Assembly: GCF_000150275.1 (NCBI RefSeq)
Contig: NW_002060944.1
Location: 1,846,911-1,910,910, forward strand
DNA from: Trichoplax adhaerens
Taxonomy: Eukaryota > Animalia > Placozoa
DNA length: 64,000 nt
Direction: 5' to 3'
Shown here: piece by piece, positions 26,598-40,290 of the stretch
How the letters are laid out: the number at the start of each line of letters is the position of its first letter
Position numbering within the stretch: position 1 is the first letter of the stretch
Made by a program: the position numbers and the translations under genes
Notes under the pieces: generated by a model
Told to the model about the DNA's origin: nothing
The model's input: the letters and a program-made list of their open reading frames with translations, nothing else
The model's database searches: none

Positions 26598-29500
26598 TCA
26601 GTCTTGAGATAAGAAATGATCTTCGAAGGAGGCAATCAGATCACTTTGTCCACACAAATCAATGTGACCAGCAGCCTATTGTAATTATAAGCAAATAGTA
26701 TAATAATTGTAAGTTGCAGGAACAGCAACGTTATTGATATCTACTTATTTTTTACATGCTACATACAGCTTGTCGTTTTCTGCGTTCCTCTTCTTTCAGT
26801 CGTTGCATTGCAAGATTTTTTTCTTCGTGTTTCTTCATCTCTTCTAATCTCTCAAGCTCTAACTGCTCCTTCCTAGCATTTTCCAACGCTTCGTCTTCTT
26901 CTTGATCTCTGAAATATATATTAGTACAGATGATTGCAATATATTGTATCACAGCGAGCACAAATATTCATGTAAACCTCTTTTTCTCTTCCGCGATGCG
27001 TATGCGGTCAGCTTCCTTTTGTTGTTTCTCCTTCTTGATGTACTCTACCTGTAATCGCCTTTTTCTTTCCTATATAATATTAGGGTAGGAATTAGTATGT
27101 AGGCAGTTAATGCACAAATACATATCGATAAGTTTAGCAAACCCGTTCTTCCTTTTCTTTGGCTTGCCTCTTAAAGTCTTGAAAGCTGTTAGTCATTTTA
27201 TCGCTCGGAACAGATAGGGCTGATACATCGGCGGTGGCAATATTGCACCACGAATTTACATTCTTCAGCTTTACTGCCGTCTAAATCACAAGGAATACAA
27301 TAACAAATTGGAGCAACCGAATCTTTAGATTCTTCATTGCTGATATGTATTACACAAGTATTGGCGCAACCTTAGTATCAGAATTTGGGCTTGGCATAGA
27401 TGGTGACTGTGTCATGTATTCCTTTCCTATATTACCGAATTAAGTAAATTTTAAACTATCAAACTACTCAGAGAAAACAGTTTAAATTCATATTGCATAT
27501 TTAATTATCCGTGGTAGCAATATGGTAAGTACATTGAAACTAGCGAAAGGGCGCTCAATATATTGCTAGTGAATACAGAAGTATCTATAATCAATATAAT
27601 ACCTGCTTTCTCTGGGCTCAAGGAGAGAACCTTATCGTCTAGTAATGTAAATGTTACCTTTTCTGATGATGCAATAGGGTTGGCATTTACAGAGCTATTT
27701 CCTAAATGACGACAAATCGAATTCGATTGATTACAAAGAAACTTGTCGAATAAAACAGCAGCTTAAATTCTAATGAAGGTGACCTCAATAATGTACTGCA
27801 GACGGCAATATTGTCAATACATCCATTGGCAAGATAAAGCTTATCCTTTGGTGATCTAAGTATATTTTAACTCGATAATCATTTACTAACCAATATCAGG
27901 TGATGACGTTAGCTTATTAGTAGCAAGTACTGTAGGAGCATCATTTCGGAAAGGTTTGTCATTTACTGTATCAGCTTCATTGAAAGGGTAGCATTCTGCC
28001 TCCTTTACAGGCTTATCCTTAGCAATGTCATCACGTCCTTAACGTTGGCAAAAGTGTGCGTTAATGTTCCTTATACTCGGACTTACCAATTCCCAATAAT
28101 TATACGAAGTAATACAAACCTTCAGTGAACTTCTCTGCAGCATCGATAGCAGTCGTTTCCGTACTGTTGAGATCCTTAGAACTGTTTTTTGTAAATACCT
28201 GACAAAGCAATTAAGGAGTAAGTCTTGTAATTTGGCTTATCTACTAGAACTTTTAGCGTCATTCACCTTTTCTGTGCTGTCGCTTCCATCTTCAGTTGTA
28301 ATTGCTCGACCGTTTTCTGATTTAAGGTATACAGTAGTAGAAATCATAAGTTTCGTTATAGAAATATTTTCACTAATATTTCAGACAATAATCAACCATG
28401 CATTTTACAGGATAATTTACACATACGTAGATGCAGTTGCAGACAGTAAGAAATCAAATATCTTCGTAAAAATCGCGTTTATTTAAACAAACGTATATTG
28501 GTAGCACATCAGTGCGGTTGATTTTACAACAGTATAAGTTTTACTATTGATCTTTTGGTTCAATATAAATAGGTTACATCAGAATCGCAAACTCGCGAGG
28601 GGTTATGATTATAGTTAATGAAAAAGTAACTAAATTAGATGGCAATTTCTTTAGTAATACACTATAATTCCGTTTCAAGCTCTTATTACTAGAACTTGTG
28701 CGTTACTAGAATCATATCTAACATCAATATACACACTTAAATATAAGCTATGTCTAAATAAAAGTCAATGTAATTTATATTCAGTTTTTCTACCGCAATT
28801 CAATTACGAACGCTTCCCAATTCCCGTAACAGGGAACGATTTGGAAATGTCGCTACAATTACAACTAACTTTATTTTACCGTCCTTGTTTCAATCTTACT
28901 ATTTGTTGTAGCATATGCAGTTAATATAACCGAAAGAAACGACTTGACAACAAACGGTGTGTGTATCAAATTTTGCAATATAAAACTGGAGATTTGTGTA
29001 CATTCTCCAATAACTATATAGTGACTCAATCTTGCACTATTACAAATAGAAAGTTTGTCATGCATTTACAACATTTATTAGCTTCAAGCCCGCTGCCAAC
29101 TAGCTATCGATTAAAATTTACCGCTAAGGCAGCGTATGAATTAAGCATTATCATACAGGTACCCACATCAAGACGGACGATAATCCCTCGAGTAATAGCA
29201 CCGTAACTTTTCACGAATATTACATGTTGAATTGGCGACAAGAGGCTCTAATTACTACCTGATTCTGATTCACTAGAACTTGCTGATGATGATCCTGAAC
29301 TGGATTCAGAGTCAGAAGAAGATCCAGACGACTCTGAGTCGCTGGTTTCGCTTAACCGTGCAGCACGACTGCCAACTACATCAATTACTGAGTCCTCTTT
29401 TGCTTCTACTAAAGAGAGTATATACACTATAATTAATCTGAGTAGCAAATTCCGGATTAAAAGTGCCATGATTACCTTTCTTTCTCTTGATTGGAGGTGC

Positions 29501-32500
29501 GGAGCCTAACCTATCACTTACATCTTGCAACCTTCTTTCTAATTCTTCCTTCTTCTTTGCATGTTCTTTTCCTAAAACAACCGGATCAGCCTTCTTGACG
29601 CCTAAATTTTTTATCAGAATCTCATCAATTATCCTGTCTTTTATAAAGGTAATAGATCGATCTATACGCTGTATTACTAGGTCGTTTTTGTCTCTTTAAA
29701 GTTGACTGTACATAGCGTTCCAATTCGCGTAATGTAGAAGGTTTCAAAGTTTCAAAGTCTATTTCAATTTCTTCAGGATTTGATTCACGCAATGCTGGTT
29801 CTCTTGATTGAATAATATGCACGACACGGCCTAGTTTGTCTCCTAGAAAGAATGCATTTAGCTTGTATTATGAAGATAAATAAGTAATTAATGGTTACCT
29901 GGCAATTTGTTTATATCGAGACTAAGCTGCCTCTTTTCATCGTATGTCATAGGCTCGACATCCAGTACCTCAGAATTGTAAGACTTTTTTCTTTTTCTAG
30001 ATCTGTTCAGTTAAAGATGTAAATCGTTGTATGAAATAATATATCTTTGATAGTAAAATTACAAGAAATTAAAAGATGTCTTACTTTGGTGGAGGCGTTT
30101 TCTTTCGTTGTTTCTTTTTGACAGGCTGCTTAGGTTTAGGTTTAGACGTACCTTGAGATGATTTTTTTGAAGCTTTACCCTTGGTATTGGCTAATTTAGT
30201 ATTCGTTGATTTTACATGTTTCTTTTTTTCGCGTTTTTTCGGTTTTGGTTTTTCCTTAGATAAAGCTGTCAATTCTTTGGTCACTGTAGCAAGCTATCAG
30301 CAAAGCATAACGTTAATACTATAGTACTTGGTTATAAAATAATTTCGGATTAGTGATTGTGCACCTTCTTATGCAGTTGCGCTAATTTGTTAGCTCTATC
30401 TTCTTCACTATCGTGTGACGAATCTGAATCACTGGATTCCTGCTCTATTTCCGGTTCCGGTTCCGGTTCCGGCTCTAGTTCAACCTCAGAGCTACTAGAT
30501 TCATCAGGTATTTGAGCATACTTAAATTCAAATACATCCTGCAATCTCCTCGCCATGTTTACAATATCATGATCAGAAGGATTGTATTTGTAACAATTGG
30601 TAAAGATCAATCGTACGTCAGCAGCGAATTCATTAATAGCTTTATACTCTAATTTTTCAAATTTATCCTAAAGAAAAACAATATCATCAATTTCAAAATG
30701 TTATAACGCTGGAATTATGTGGATAACTTTACCTTAACAGTTCCAAGATCCATAGGATGCTTTATAATTTCATAATAATCGGTAAGTCCAAGCTTTTCTG
30801 CGTTGACTGGCTCATAAAATGGCCACGCGTAAGCCTAGATAAGAGATACACATGTATAAATAATCAAGTTTTAAGTGAACTGCTTCTACAGCTTAACATA
30901 CTCGATGCTTCTTCAGCATTAACTCCTTAAGAACCTCCTTGCAAAATTTCATCTGAGGATTCATTTTCTTTTTTTTCCCCTTCTGTAATAAACAACAATG
31001 GTTTACAACCTTTTTAATATATAAGAACATTAAGTTTCAGTACCTTCACCTCGGTAGGTAAATCTTTAACTGGCTTCTTAATCCGTCGTTTCGACTGATT
31101 TCTATTGGATTCTGATTTGGCGGGAATTGTATGAATCGGTGTCGGTGTTGTTGTGTCAGCTTTTCTTTTAACGCCTTTCTTTACCTATTTCATATAGTAA
31201 TCGCTGCCAACGTTAGTGTATAATCTTATATTTAGTCACTACCACTAAACATACTTTTGCTAATGATTTCGTAGCAGAAGCTTGGGGCTGCGGCGCTACG
31301 GAAACAGTAGGTACCGGAGCTGAAGACGATGTAACTGGTGAACCGGAGGCTGGAACTGGCGCGGTGACTGAAACAATCAGAATATGTGGTCAAAAAATCG
31401 CAACCAGATGCTAATAGATCTGAACTTTTAAAGACCTGCTCTCTCCTTTTTCGACTTTTCTTTGCCTTGTAAGCTTGGTGGAGTTTTAATCTTTGAGGTA
31501 ATTTCAAACTCCTTGCATTTAATAGATATTAATTAGAAATCTGTGGCAGAAAGTAACATTATAGGTATTTTTTATGTACTTTACCTGTGCAGGCATTTGA
31601 GCTAATTTCTTTTTATATACTTTTTCTAATTCTTCGCACATTAGAACAATATCGTCGCTGGTTTTGTTATAAGTATAGCAATTAGTGAATGTTCGGAGAA
31701 TATCATCCATACATTCTTTTGCAGAATGATACATTTTCCCTTCCAACTTTCGCTTTATTGTGCCTAAATCCATCGGCTTCTTGATGATCTTGAAGTAGTC
31801 CTATAGATCACATTGCATGTAAGGTCAAAGTTGTTATTAACAGGACTACTGATATTTACAGCTAGAAATTATATTTTATGATTTACATAACGTGTTATAC
31901 AATCCCAATAAAAATTATATCACAAACCGGTAATTGAAGCTTGACAGGATCAACAGGCTGCCGAAATGGCCAGGCGTATCTGTGCTTCCATAGGCCATCT
32001 ATAACTGTCTTCAGGAAACGAAGCTGATTTGTATCACGACCTTTACCCTGAACTTTCTGTAATACGACAATAATTACTTCAGTTTAGCCATTATAGGATT
32101 GACAACAACTTTACGGTTAGACAGATGTATTCGAAGACATGATATGCACACTGTAACAGTCTAATACTCGTTAACGAAAAGAAGAATCTAACGAATATTG
32201 CAGTATAATTTTCTTACAGCACTGTTGTTTAATCAAATTGTGTTATGTCATAAACGCGTTACAAATGCGACAATAAGGTTAAGAAGCCGCATATGTGCCT
32301 GCTCTATCTTACGGAATTCAATTACAACTTTCAAAATGCGAATCAGTATTCTTCTCTATAAATACTACTTTACAGTGGTATGTAATAATAGATGACTTTT
32401 ACATTATGCAGTATCGCAGGTGCCATGAAAAACCGCATCCTTCTCTAATCCCTTATTGACAATGATAATGCTGTAAGTGAGTGGTAAGCATTACTACGCA

Positions 32501-33973
32501 TTAGCGTACTGTACTTGCGTTTCTTGTAGGTATACTGTGCTGTAACACTGTCTACAACGTTCATAAGAGAGGGCATAGATAAACAGAAACTTGACATTTA
32601 TAAGCATTGCTATCTATAATTAAAGTCTTACGTCTGCAACAGACAATTTAATCTCAGACTAATCCGTGCGAAAGATGTTTCAATCGCTGTTATGACGAAA
32701 AATTTTTCTAATCATCCCGATAGTCGATTACGGTACTTTTTTAGTACTACAAACAGTATCAGAAATGTCTCCGATGCGCGAATTCACCCCACTAAAATAG
32801 TGTTTTGACTGAGACTGTAGCAATGCAATCACAAAATACAGTACGTTTTGGCGTGCGTGTAGTCTGCGGTTTGTTGAGGCCTACTGCCGCGGATGCGGCC
32901 AGATGACTACGTAGTAACAAAAAATTTTGTATTACATCTTTTACAGTGTCATTGATTTATTGTATACTCCACAGTCCTACCGCACTGTACTGTATATTTT
33001 GCATACATACTGTACATACAGTCGATTACTACAGTATAGTAAATTAAACAGTACGTTTCAGACCACGTTGACAATCGTATTGCATTCCGACATCAGTGAA
33101 AATAAAATATTACAATTAAAAACACGGCACCGATTCGCTGACACACAACCAGTTTAAGTCAATCCTGGTACAAACCTAATTAATTAAAATCGATCATACT
33201 GTATTCAATTTTCTAAAGCTGTTTCAGGATATTGGTATGTTAGGACGTAAAAAATCACATATTCATTGGCGTTACTAATAGCTGTAGAGACATCGTAGCC
33301 ATTTCGTGAACTACAGTACAGTATTTAAAACAGAATCTGCTGCACCATACGCATATTTTACGCTGCCAGCCAGTAACACATTCTGTACTGCAGAATAACG
33401 TAGTATGATAGCATACACTAAACCCTGCAGGAATATTTCTGTGTTAAAACGTTAAAGCAAAGCAAAGTATTAACATATTTAAAGAGAAGTTTACACGGGA
33501 TATCATAATCGAGATATGATTATGTAAAGTTATCGTAAATCAACGCTCCATATCCCTAATACTTTTTTATATTACGATTGAGGTCCAATTGAGTTCGTTT
33601 TAGCCAGCACGATCAGAACAAGTAAGAACTATTTAACTAGCAATTTTTACATTTCAATTGACTGTAAATACTTATACTTTGCTTTCAGCCGCGTAGCTGA
33701 GTTAACATTAATAGTACCCAAACTTAAAATAATTTTAGAGGCAATCTCGTTATATAAAATATGAAAGAAGCCCTATTCCTATAGCATGGACGTCAAGCAC
33801 TGTGATACGAATCCTTGTTACTGGTTTCTTACCGTTTCTAACGGTTTTTCAAAATCCTCATATTTGCTAGATGATCGGCGAATTCGCTTGCCCAAATTAG
33901 ATGAGCTATCATCTTTCAGACCATTAACAGAGGACTGGTGAAGAGAAACAGTAGATATATTGGTAGCATTCAT
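26598..33973 (-). CDS. BET-family double bromodomain protein (BRD2/3/4/fs(1)h-like, long form with CTM)
   Basis: BD1 [35 protein letters not shown]|[18 protein letters not shown]2 ELMLKKHR|[19 protein letters not shown] domain [18 protein letters not shown]|[42 protein letters not shown]. Ser-rich SEED segment and C-terminal [17 protein letters not shown] (BRD4-like CTM). Probable ATG 33973. Confidence 0.95.
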
Positions 33974-34534
33974 CTGTTTCTTTATTTCGGCTCTAAAAGA
34001 ACGATCAGCAACGAAGGAATAGCAATTGAAATAATATATAGGGACACATACAGTACAGTAGCTCTTAGGAAAGTAAAGTTAATGTCAGTAATGTATCACC
34101 AATAAAAATAAATAACATAATATAAAATAGAGGAGATCAAATAGGTCATTGAATAGTTCGTGTAAAAAACATGTCGACTCATCGATTACTGTGCCAAAAA
34201 ACGTTCGCAAAAAACCAATCTGACTAACTGCATATGTCATCTAGCCTTTTAATACCTAGTGGATTGCTGAGAAATTGCATTATCAGTTACTGAGGATTGC
34301 GAGAGATTTGTCTCTTCCATATAATAAATTTACGATGGCAAACGATACAATTGCCCCGAGTTCAGTTCACTTCAGCCGTTGCCATCCAACAATGGCGGTT
34401 ACCGTATTGTACTAACGAAAAATTCTCCATGCATGTTTATGGCTGGGGGGGGGGGTTTTTATATGGAAAGGCTCTACGTGACATCTTATCACGTGCTACT
34501 CACCGTGAACCGCCAAAATCATAAAAATGCAGCA

Positions 34535-35195
34535 TTGTACTGTACGACGTACGATACAGTAGGTATAGTACAGTACTGTACAATGCTGTTCTCGTCTTGT
34601 TCCTTTTTTGAGCCAGAATTTAAAACGATGATGCAGTCAAATTAAAGAGTTATTTAAAGTACTGTACAGTACTGTATTGGACACTGTACTGTACAGTACT
34701 GTATTGGACACTGTACTGTACAGCAGCTCGGTTACACACAGTGCAGTACAGTACTGTAGCTCGGAGTCGGCTTTGAAGCCGTAATAATGTACAGTATTGT
34801 ACAGTACAGTGCTGTACGATACTGTACGACTCCGATACTTTTTGTTACTGATTGTGAAAAGTACTGTACTCACTAGGCGGGATACTGTACACAGTGTACT
34901 GTACTGTACTGTACAGTATCTGATACTCAGTGGTTTTGTGGCTGCAACACTGTACTGTACAGTGTACAGTACAGCAATCAGTTTGTTACTGATAGTGAAA
35001 GAAAGAGAAAAGTATAGTACAGTACAGTATGACGTACCTTAGAGACCCTCTGTACGGAATTGGCGCCTCTTACTCTACAGTACCGTACAGTACAGCAAAT
35101 GGTCATACAGTTTAATACTGTACTGTACTGTACAGTACAGTACACTATGGTACGAAAATTGTAAACTGAGAATTTTACTATACTGTACTGTGTCT
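34535..35195. repeat. Large CAGTA/TACTG array upstream of the BET gene, including a 27-bp higher-order duplication
   Basis: Dense actgtacagtactgta units; GTACTGTACAGTACTGTATTGGACACT occurs twice in tandem near 34659-34712. Confidence 0.9.
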
Positions 35196-35597
35196 GTTAA
35201 CTTAAACTATACGAAAACAATATTGAAAATTTAATTTACTTGTACTACTACTGATCAGAATATTCTATTATATAAATACAGTACGCGTACATGGGGATAA
35301 CAATTATGATTAATTAAACTGTAGAGTAAAGTAACAAGCACAAGTATAGTACGCGAAGTATAACGAGACAGGCATCTGCTACGCTCAGCTGTAATAAATA
35401 TATGTACAGTTATACTCTTCCCTTTCTTCTGTAAAAATAAATAATTATTACTTAACGGAAAGCAGTGAGATTTCTACGGGTTTCAGCAAGTTATATAATA
35501 ATTACTGTACTCGTAACCTTGTTACATCGTCTAAAATACTGTGAAATACTCTTTTTTGCGAGTAAAAATATCGCAAATAGCTTAGCAAAGTCGTTTA

Positions 35598-35888
35598 TGC
35601 ACAAAACATATAAGCGTATTTGTATATCACGAATCTGCATCAATTGTAATTGTTAGTCACAATGTCAATTCCTTAATAGTTTCCTTCGACAAAAAGCAAA
35701 GCTTCATTCAGGATTTATATCTTATTGCACTTTTAATATACGTGCACAAAATATATTCGCGTATTTGTATATCACGAATCTGCATCAATTGCAATTGTTA
35801 GTCACATTGTCAATTCGTTAATAGTTTCCTTCAATAAAAAGCAAAGCTTCACTCAGCATTTATATCTTATTCCAATTTCAATATACGT
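35598..35888. repeat. Tandem duplication, 2 x ~145 bp
   Basis: Units start TGCACAAAA at 35598 and 35743 and share GCGTATTTGTATATCACGAATCTGCATCAATTG...TAATAGTTTCCTTC...AAAAAGCAAAGCTTCA with scattered substitutions. Confidence 0.9.
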
Positions 35889-36459
35889 ATTTGATATTTA
35901 GCATAATACTCTACACTACAATTAATTCCGAGCTAATACAGTACTACATTTTAAACTGATAGCTATCAACGATTCGTCATTCTGTAGGTCACCAAACAGA
36001 TACCAAAATACATAACCTACACCCAGAATCACATATAAAATACCAAGGTTCTACTATGTTGTGCGACGTTTGCTCGTGAATTATACAACTGGATTCGTAC
36101 CCATGCGAATACTAGATTAGTAAGTAGTTATGGGTAAAATACTGCCATCATTTGCTAAAATATTAAAATTGTTATAAGATGTCGGTAATATGAGCCAAGG
36201 TAGATAGAAATAGCAAATTAGGTAAATAGGATGACGAATTTATAATGGTCACATTCATAAAATTGTTACATAATTTAAAATAAAATTCATAAATTCATAA
36301 CTATTTTAGCAGGCGAAGAACAAATATCATAACTGTAATCGTTAAACGCATTTATCTAAGAAAGAAATACTGCATACGAATATATTTACAACAGTTAATA
36401 TAGCTCCTGGTATCGGGCAGTCTAAATGGGATTTCAAGGAAGATCAGTTTCGTAGTTGG

Positions 36460-39400
36460 TTAGGTATCATTGATTTCCTCATCACTACCGCCAATAGCGT
36501 TCCAAAACGCTATTGCTACCTAAAATGCAGACATCAACGCATTGTTTACAATTAAATAGCGAGTATGTAATTTATACACATTAGGCAATTGTTGTTTGCC
36601 AGCTAAGCATACAGTATAATAATTAATTATATACTACGGTACTTTTGCTGCGTATTCTTTTCTTAATTCAGATGGCAGCGAACCCGCGTAATCTAGCCAT
36701 ACGGATAAACGTAAAACATAATACACGAATTAATTAATCATTGAGTATTCCTTAGCACGTAATATAATTAGATTTCGGGTAAAAATAATGCTACAGCTAT
36801 AAAATAACCTTTCATATCTTTCATCCTATTGAACAAAGTTTCAAAACTTTCTGTTTCAACTCCCGTGTCGCTACATTCTTCAGCTTCATGAGACCTACTC
36901 GGTAGCACGATATCTATAGAGAAAGCAGCTCGTTAGCATCGCTAAGATATCACAATTTAAGAACAGAAAGTTCTTGAACTAAAATTGACTTAAGCTAACC
37001 TATACAATGAACTTCTAGTAAAGTATCTTACGTTAAGTATTTATTGCTGTCATACAGTATCATACGTTCATAGCACTTACTGCTTCGTGCAAAGTTAGAG
37101 TTACTATCGTTAACGCTTTTGGTTGAAGTGAGTTCATTATCATTATCAATAGGATCATTTCTACGACAGAAAGAATCTGTCGTTTGCTGTAGGTCATTAG
37201 AGTTTATACAAGTCCACTGGCAACATTCGAGCGCTTCTAGTATTCGACTAATGCCGAAACTTTCATTTTCTATTGAATAAGGAATATGGCAATTGTAAGT
37301 GTGTTGTAACAAGTAACACTACGAGCACTTAATCATCATAACGTGTTGACCTCATAGCTTATGAAGAAACAAAGCGCACATTTTTCGTTGATTACGAACT
37401 ACTAGGGTGAGAAATGTGTTTCATTACTATAATACTCTGCAATGTCTGCTTCTGACTGATTGTAAGATAATTTTCATGTACTGTACTGCAAATTGCAAGG
37501 GTTTCTCTTATTGATAAAAATTTAACTATTAGTGACAAATAAGTTAATATTTTTAAGCGTAAAATTGCATTACCAATACATGCGTATATAAATAGTAACG
37601 TATTTCATCTGGCGTTTTGCGCTTTAGTACGATGTAATATACAATCATGATTAGATTACAGTGTAGTAATACCGTGCAGAATTCTCTTCACTACTTTTAC
37701 TGGAAAGTATGGTAATTCTCAAATGCTTCATTAGGTTCGATTAATTCTTTTAGCCCTGACGGTGTCCTAAATTGTATCTGAACGATAAATATAACTTTTA
37801 ACTTCGCTTTTTTAAAGTATGAATTTACGTTGAAGGTATGCAATACTGGTAAAGAGCTAATTGCAATGTAAAGAATTTTAACTTAAAACATAGATCATCT
37901 TTGATCCATCAAGTTGTTCATTGAATTCGCAAATCTCGATTGCTCGGGTTTACAGTACATCTTTGCATTAGGTTAAAAATAATCTCTACGCGTATAACGA
38001 TCTTCACAATTTATCTCAGTGATAAAAATTTACTTCACGGAATTCTGCATAATATCATAATTTGATATAGTTGGCACTAACGTAAAGATCAAGAGTGACA
38101 GTATCGCAGACAATAAATTTAAAATTCAGCCCTACCCTCGTCAGTATTGATGTGTTGATCTTCAGGAAATGGATTTGCCGGAATGCATACCAATTCGAAT
38201 TCATTCTCAATACTCCAACACTCGATGTTTCTTTCTTAAATTATGATAAAAATGAATATTTGTGTTTGTTAATACCTTCAAGAAACTTTGAATTACGATG
38301 GTATCGTTAAATTTCGTTTAAATAACAATTAAAATTATTGTATGTATATCGACAACTTTGACCATTTTTACATGCCGTATACAGTAATTATAGTATTTAC
38401 ATGAATCACGTAAGACTGTAAGTGTAAAATAACGAATTTATATATATCGTAGAGCATAACACAGAATTAAATTACAGCATTTAGTGATCATATTTCTGAG
38501 TATCAATAGTAACCTTCGGAGGTAGGGCAAGCCACTATTTTTACAGATAGATCAAGATCCCTGCAAAAGGACGCCCACTTAGAGGCACTTTTCATGCAAT
38601 CTGACTAAAAAGTAGCAAGAGTAAACGCTCACATTATATTATTGCTATACTATGAATTTGAAATCAAACATGGTAAGGTAGCATCATTAATTATTACAGC
38701 AATATGATACCGCTTAAGTTATACCGTACACTTTTATTATCAACGAAAAGGATTAATGCTTGAAAAACTTTTGTAAGATTTGATTCTTGAAATATCGTAG
38801 GGTCTGACTGAGTTGTCCATTGCACACCAACAGACGCTGAATAGTACTTCGTCTTTAACTGCCACAGATATTGCTCCGTAGGATGAGCATTACCAATAGC
38901 CTCGAAGCTCCACCGGTGCTCAAAGAAATCTAATCGTTTATATATTTACAGTTAATATTAATAATAATATTCGTTGCATTTCAACGGCACTTACAGTGCA
39001 ATATCTGATCACACTGTTACAGAGTACTGTGCAGTTTGCGGAGGTGAGATGTGATTACTTTTAAATTAAATGAGTCACATCTATAGAGTCTTAACTCTAT
39101 GGCCACATCACTTCATGTAGTGCATAAGTAAGGGTCTACTGTGCGGCTATAAATAAATTTTATTTCACTGTACTGTGCCAAGGGCCTCTAAGAAGTTCCT
39201 GGTTTTACTGCAGATCAAAGTGATCAGCAAGATGCAAAAGAGCTAAGGTTGTCCTTGCAATACGGTAGTGTTTGTCATTTATTACTATCGTAAATTAATA
39301 ATTACTGTAATATGAAACGTGTTTCACCTTTAAATATATTTTCTCGGGTATATGAGTCAGACAACGAAATCAGCAGAACGTTATTCACCGTATCCATTAA

Positions 39401-39479
39401 GGAGGCAAAGTTGAAAGTGCTTGTTCATCCACCAAAACAATACCACCGCTATGACTGCAATTTTTAACTGTGTGCTCAT
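36460..39479 (-). CDS. AAGAB: Alpha/gamma-adaptin-binding protein p34 (multi-exon; first exon uncertain)
   Basis: WQLKTKYYSASV, WSIENEFELV, ENESFGISRILEALECCQW, SFETLFNRMKDMK|DYAGSLPSELRKEYAAK|VAIAFWNAIGGSDEEINDT* match remembered AAGAB motifs. The start at 39479 is tentative. Confidence 0.85.
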
Positions 39480-39554
39480 GATATGTAGAAATGATACGAA
39501 TACACCAGGTCTTCCCTAGGGTCTCTGGCTCTCAGCTAAAGCTTTCACATGTGA

Positions 39555-40215
39555 ATGTACTGTACTGTACAGTACTGTACAGTTCAGGGACTTCTTCTTA
39601 TTTTTTACCAAGGTAAAGTGCAGTAAAGTGTACAGTACACTCTTGTGTAAGGTCTTACAGCACTACTGTAGTGTGCAGTGTACACTAGTGTCCACTGTCC
39701 GTGCACCAGTGAAATTATTATGGCTTCCGCCTAATTATAGATTTATATGCCATGATTAAATCGCTCTAGGTGAGTTTTAAGACAGCCAAACTAATTGCTT
39801 TTTTTTTTTTGGGGGGGGGGGAGGATTTGGCCATATTAAGGTCTTAAATGTTAAATTTATTATTTCTATTTTTTTTTAGGGTGCTTTTTCATTTTGTGAC
39901 CGCCGATTTCCAGGATTGGCCGTTTCGATGCGATCTACAGTACGCGTGCACTGTAGTGACTGTACAGTACAGTACCATTGACAATCTGAACTACAGTACA
40001 CAGTACTGTACTGTACAATACAGTACTGTACAGTACAACTGCTGCGGTTACAGTACTGTACTGTACAGTACTGTACAGTACAATGTGAGTCAAACATTTT
40101 TACGCACGAGTTATACAGTACAGTACAGTACAGTACTGTACAGTACTACAGTACAATGTCTGTACACAGTACAGTGTACAGTATGTAGCATCGTTATATT
40201 GTATTGTACGATACA
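39555..40215. repeat. CAGTA/TACTG arrays in the AAGAB/RPS18 divergent promoter
   Basis: Two dense blocks, ~39555-39700 and ~39935-40215. Confidence 0.9.
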
Positions 40216-40290
40216 GTTATTAGCGTTGGGTAGGAGATGAACCGGTCCTTTGGCTCTGGCTCGTGCATCTCGGTTTGACTGGGAAGAAAA

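Noticed and set aside
34637-35042. ORFs rich in YSTV/QYCTV/LYCTV (also 15129-15329, 23356-23703, 39848-40311, 45492-45740)
   Set aside because: They are translations of the CAGTA/TACTG arrays, open on both strands with no coding features.
14154-39523. Shared CCCTAGGGTC 10-mer near the F-BAR (14154-14163) and AAGAB (39514-39523) 5' ends
   Set aside because: Only two exact instances, in opposite orientation relative to the genes; too weak without genome-wide statistics.
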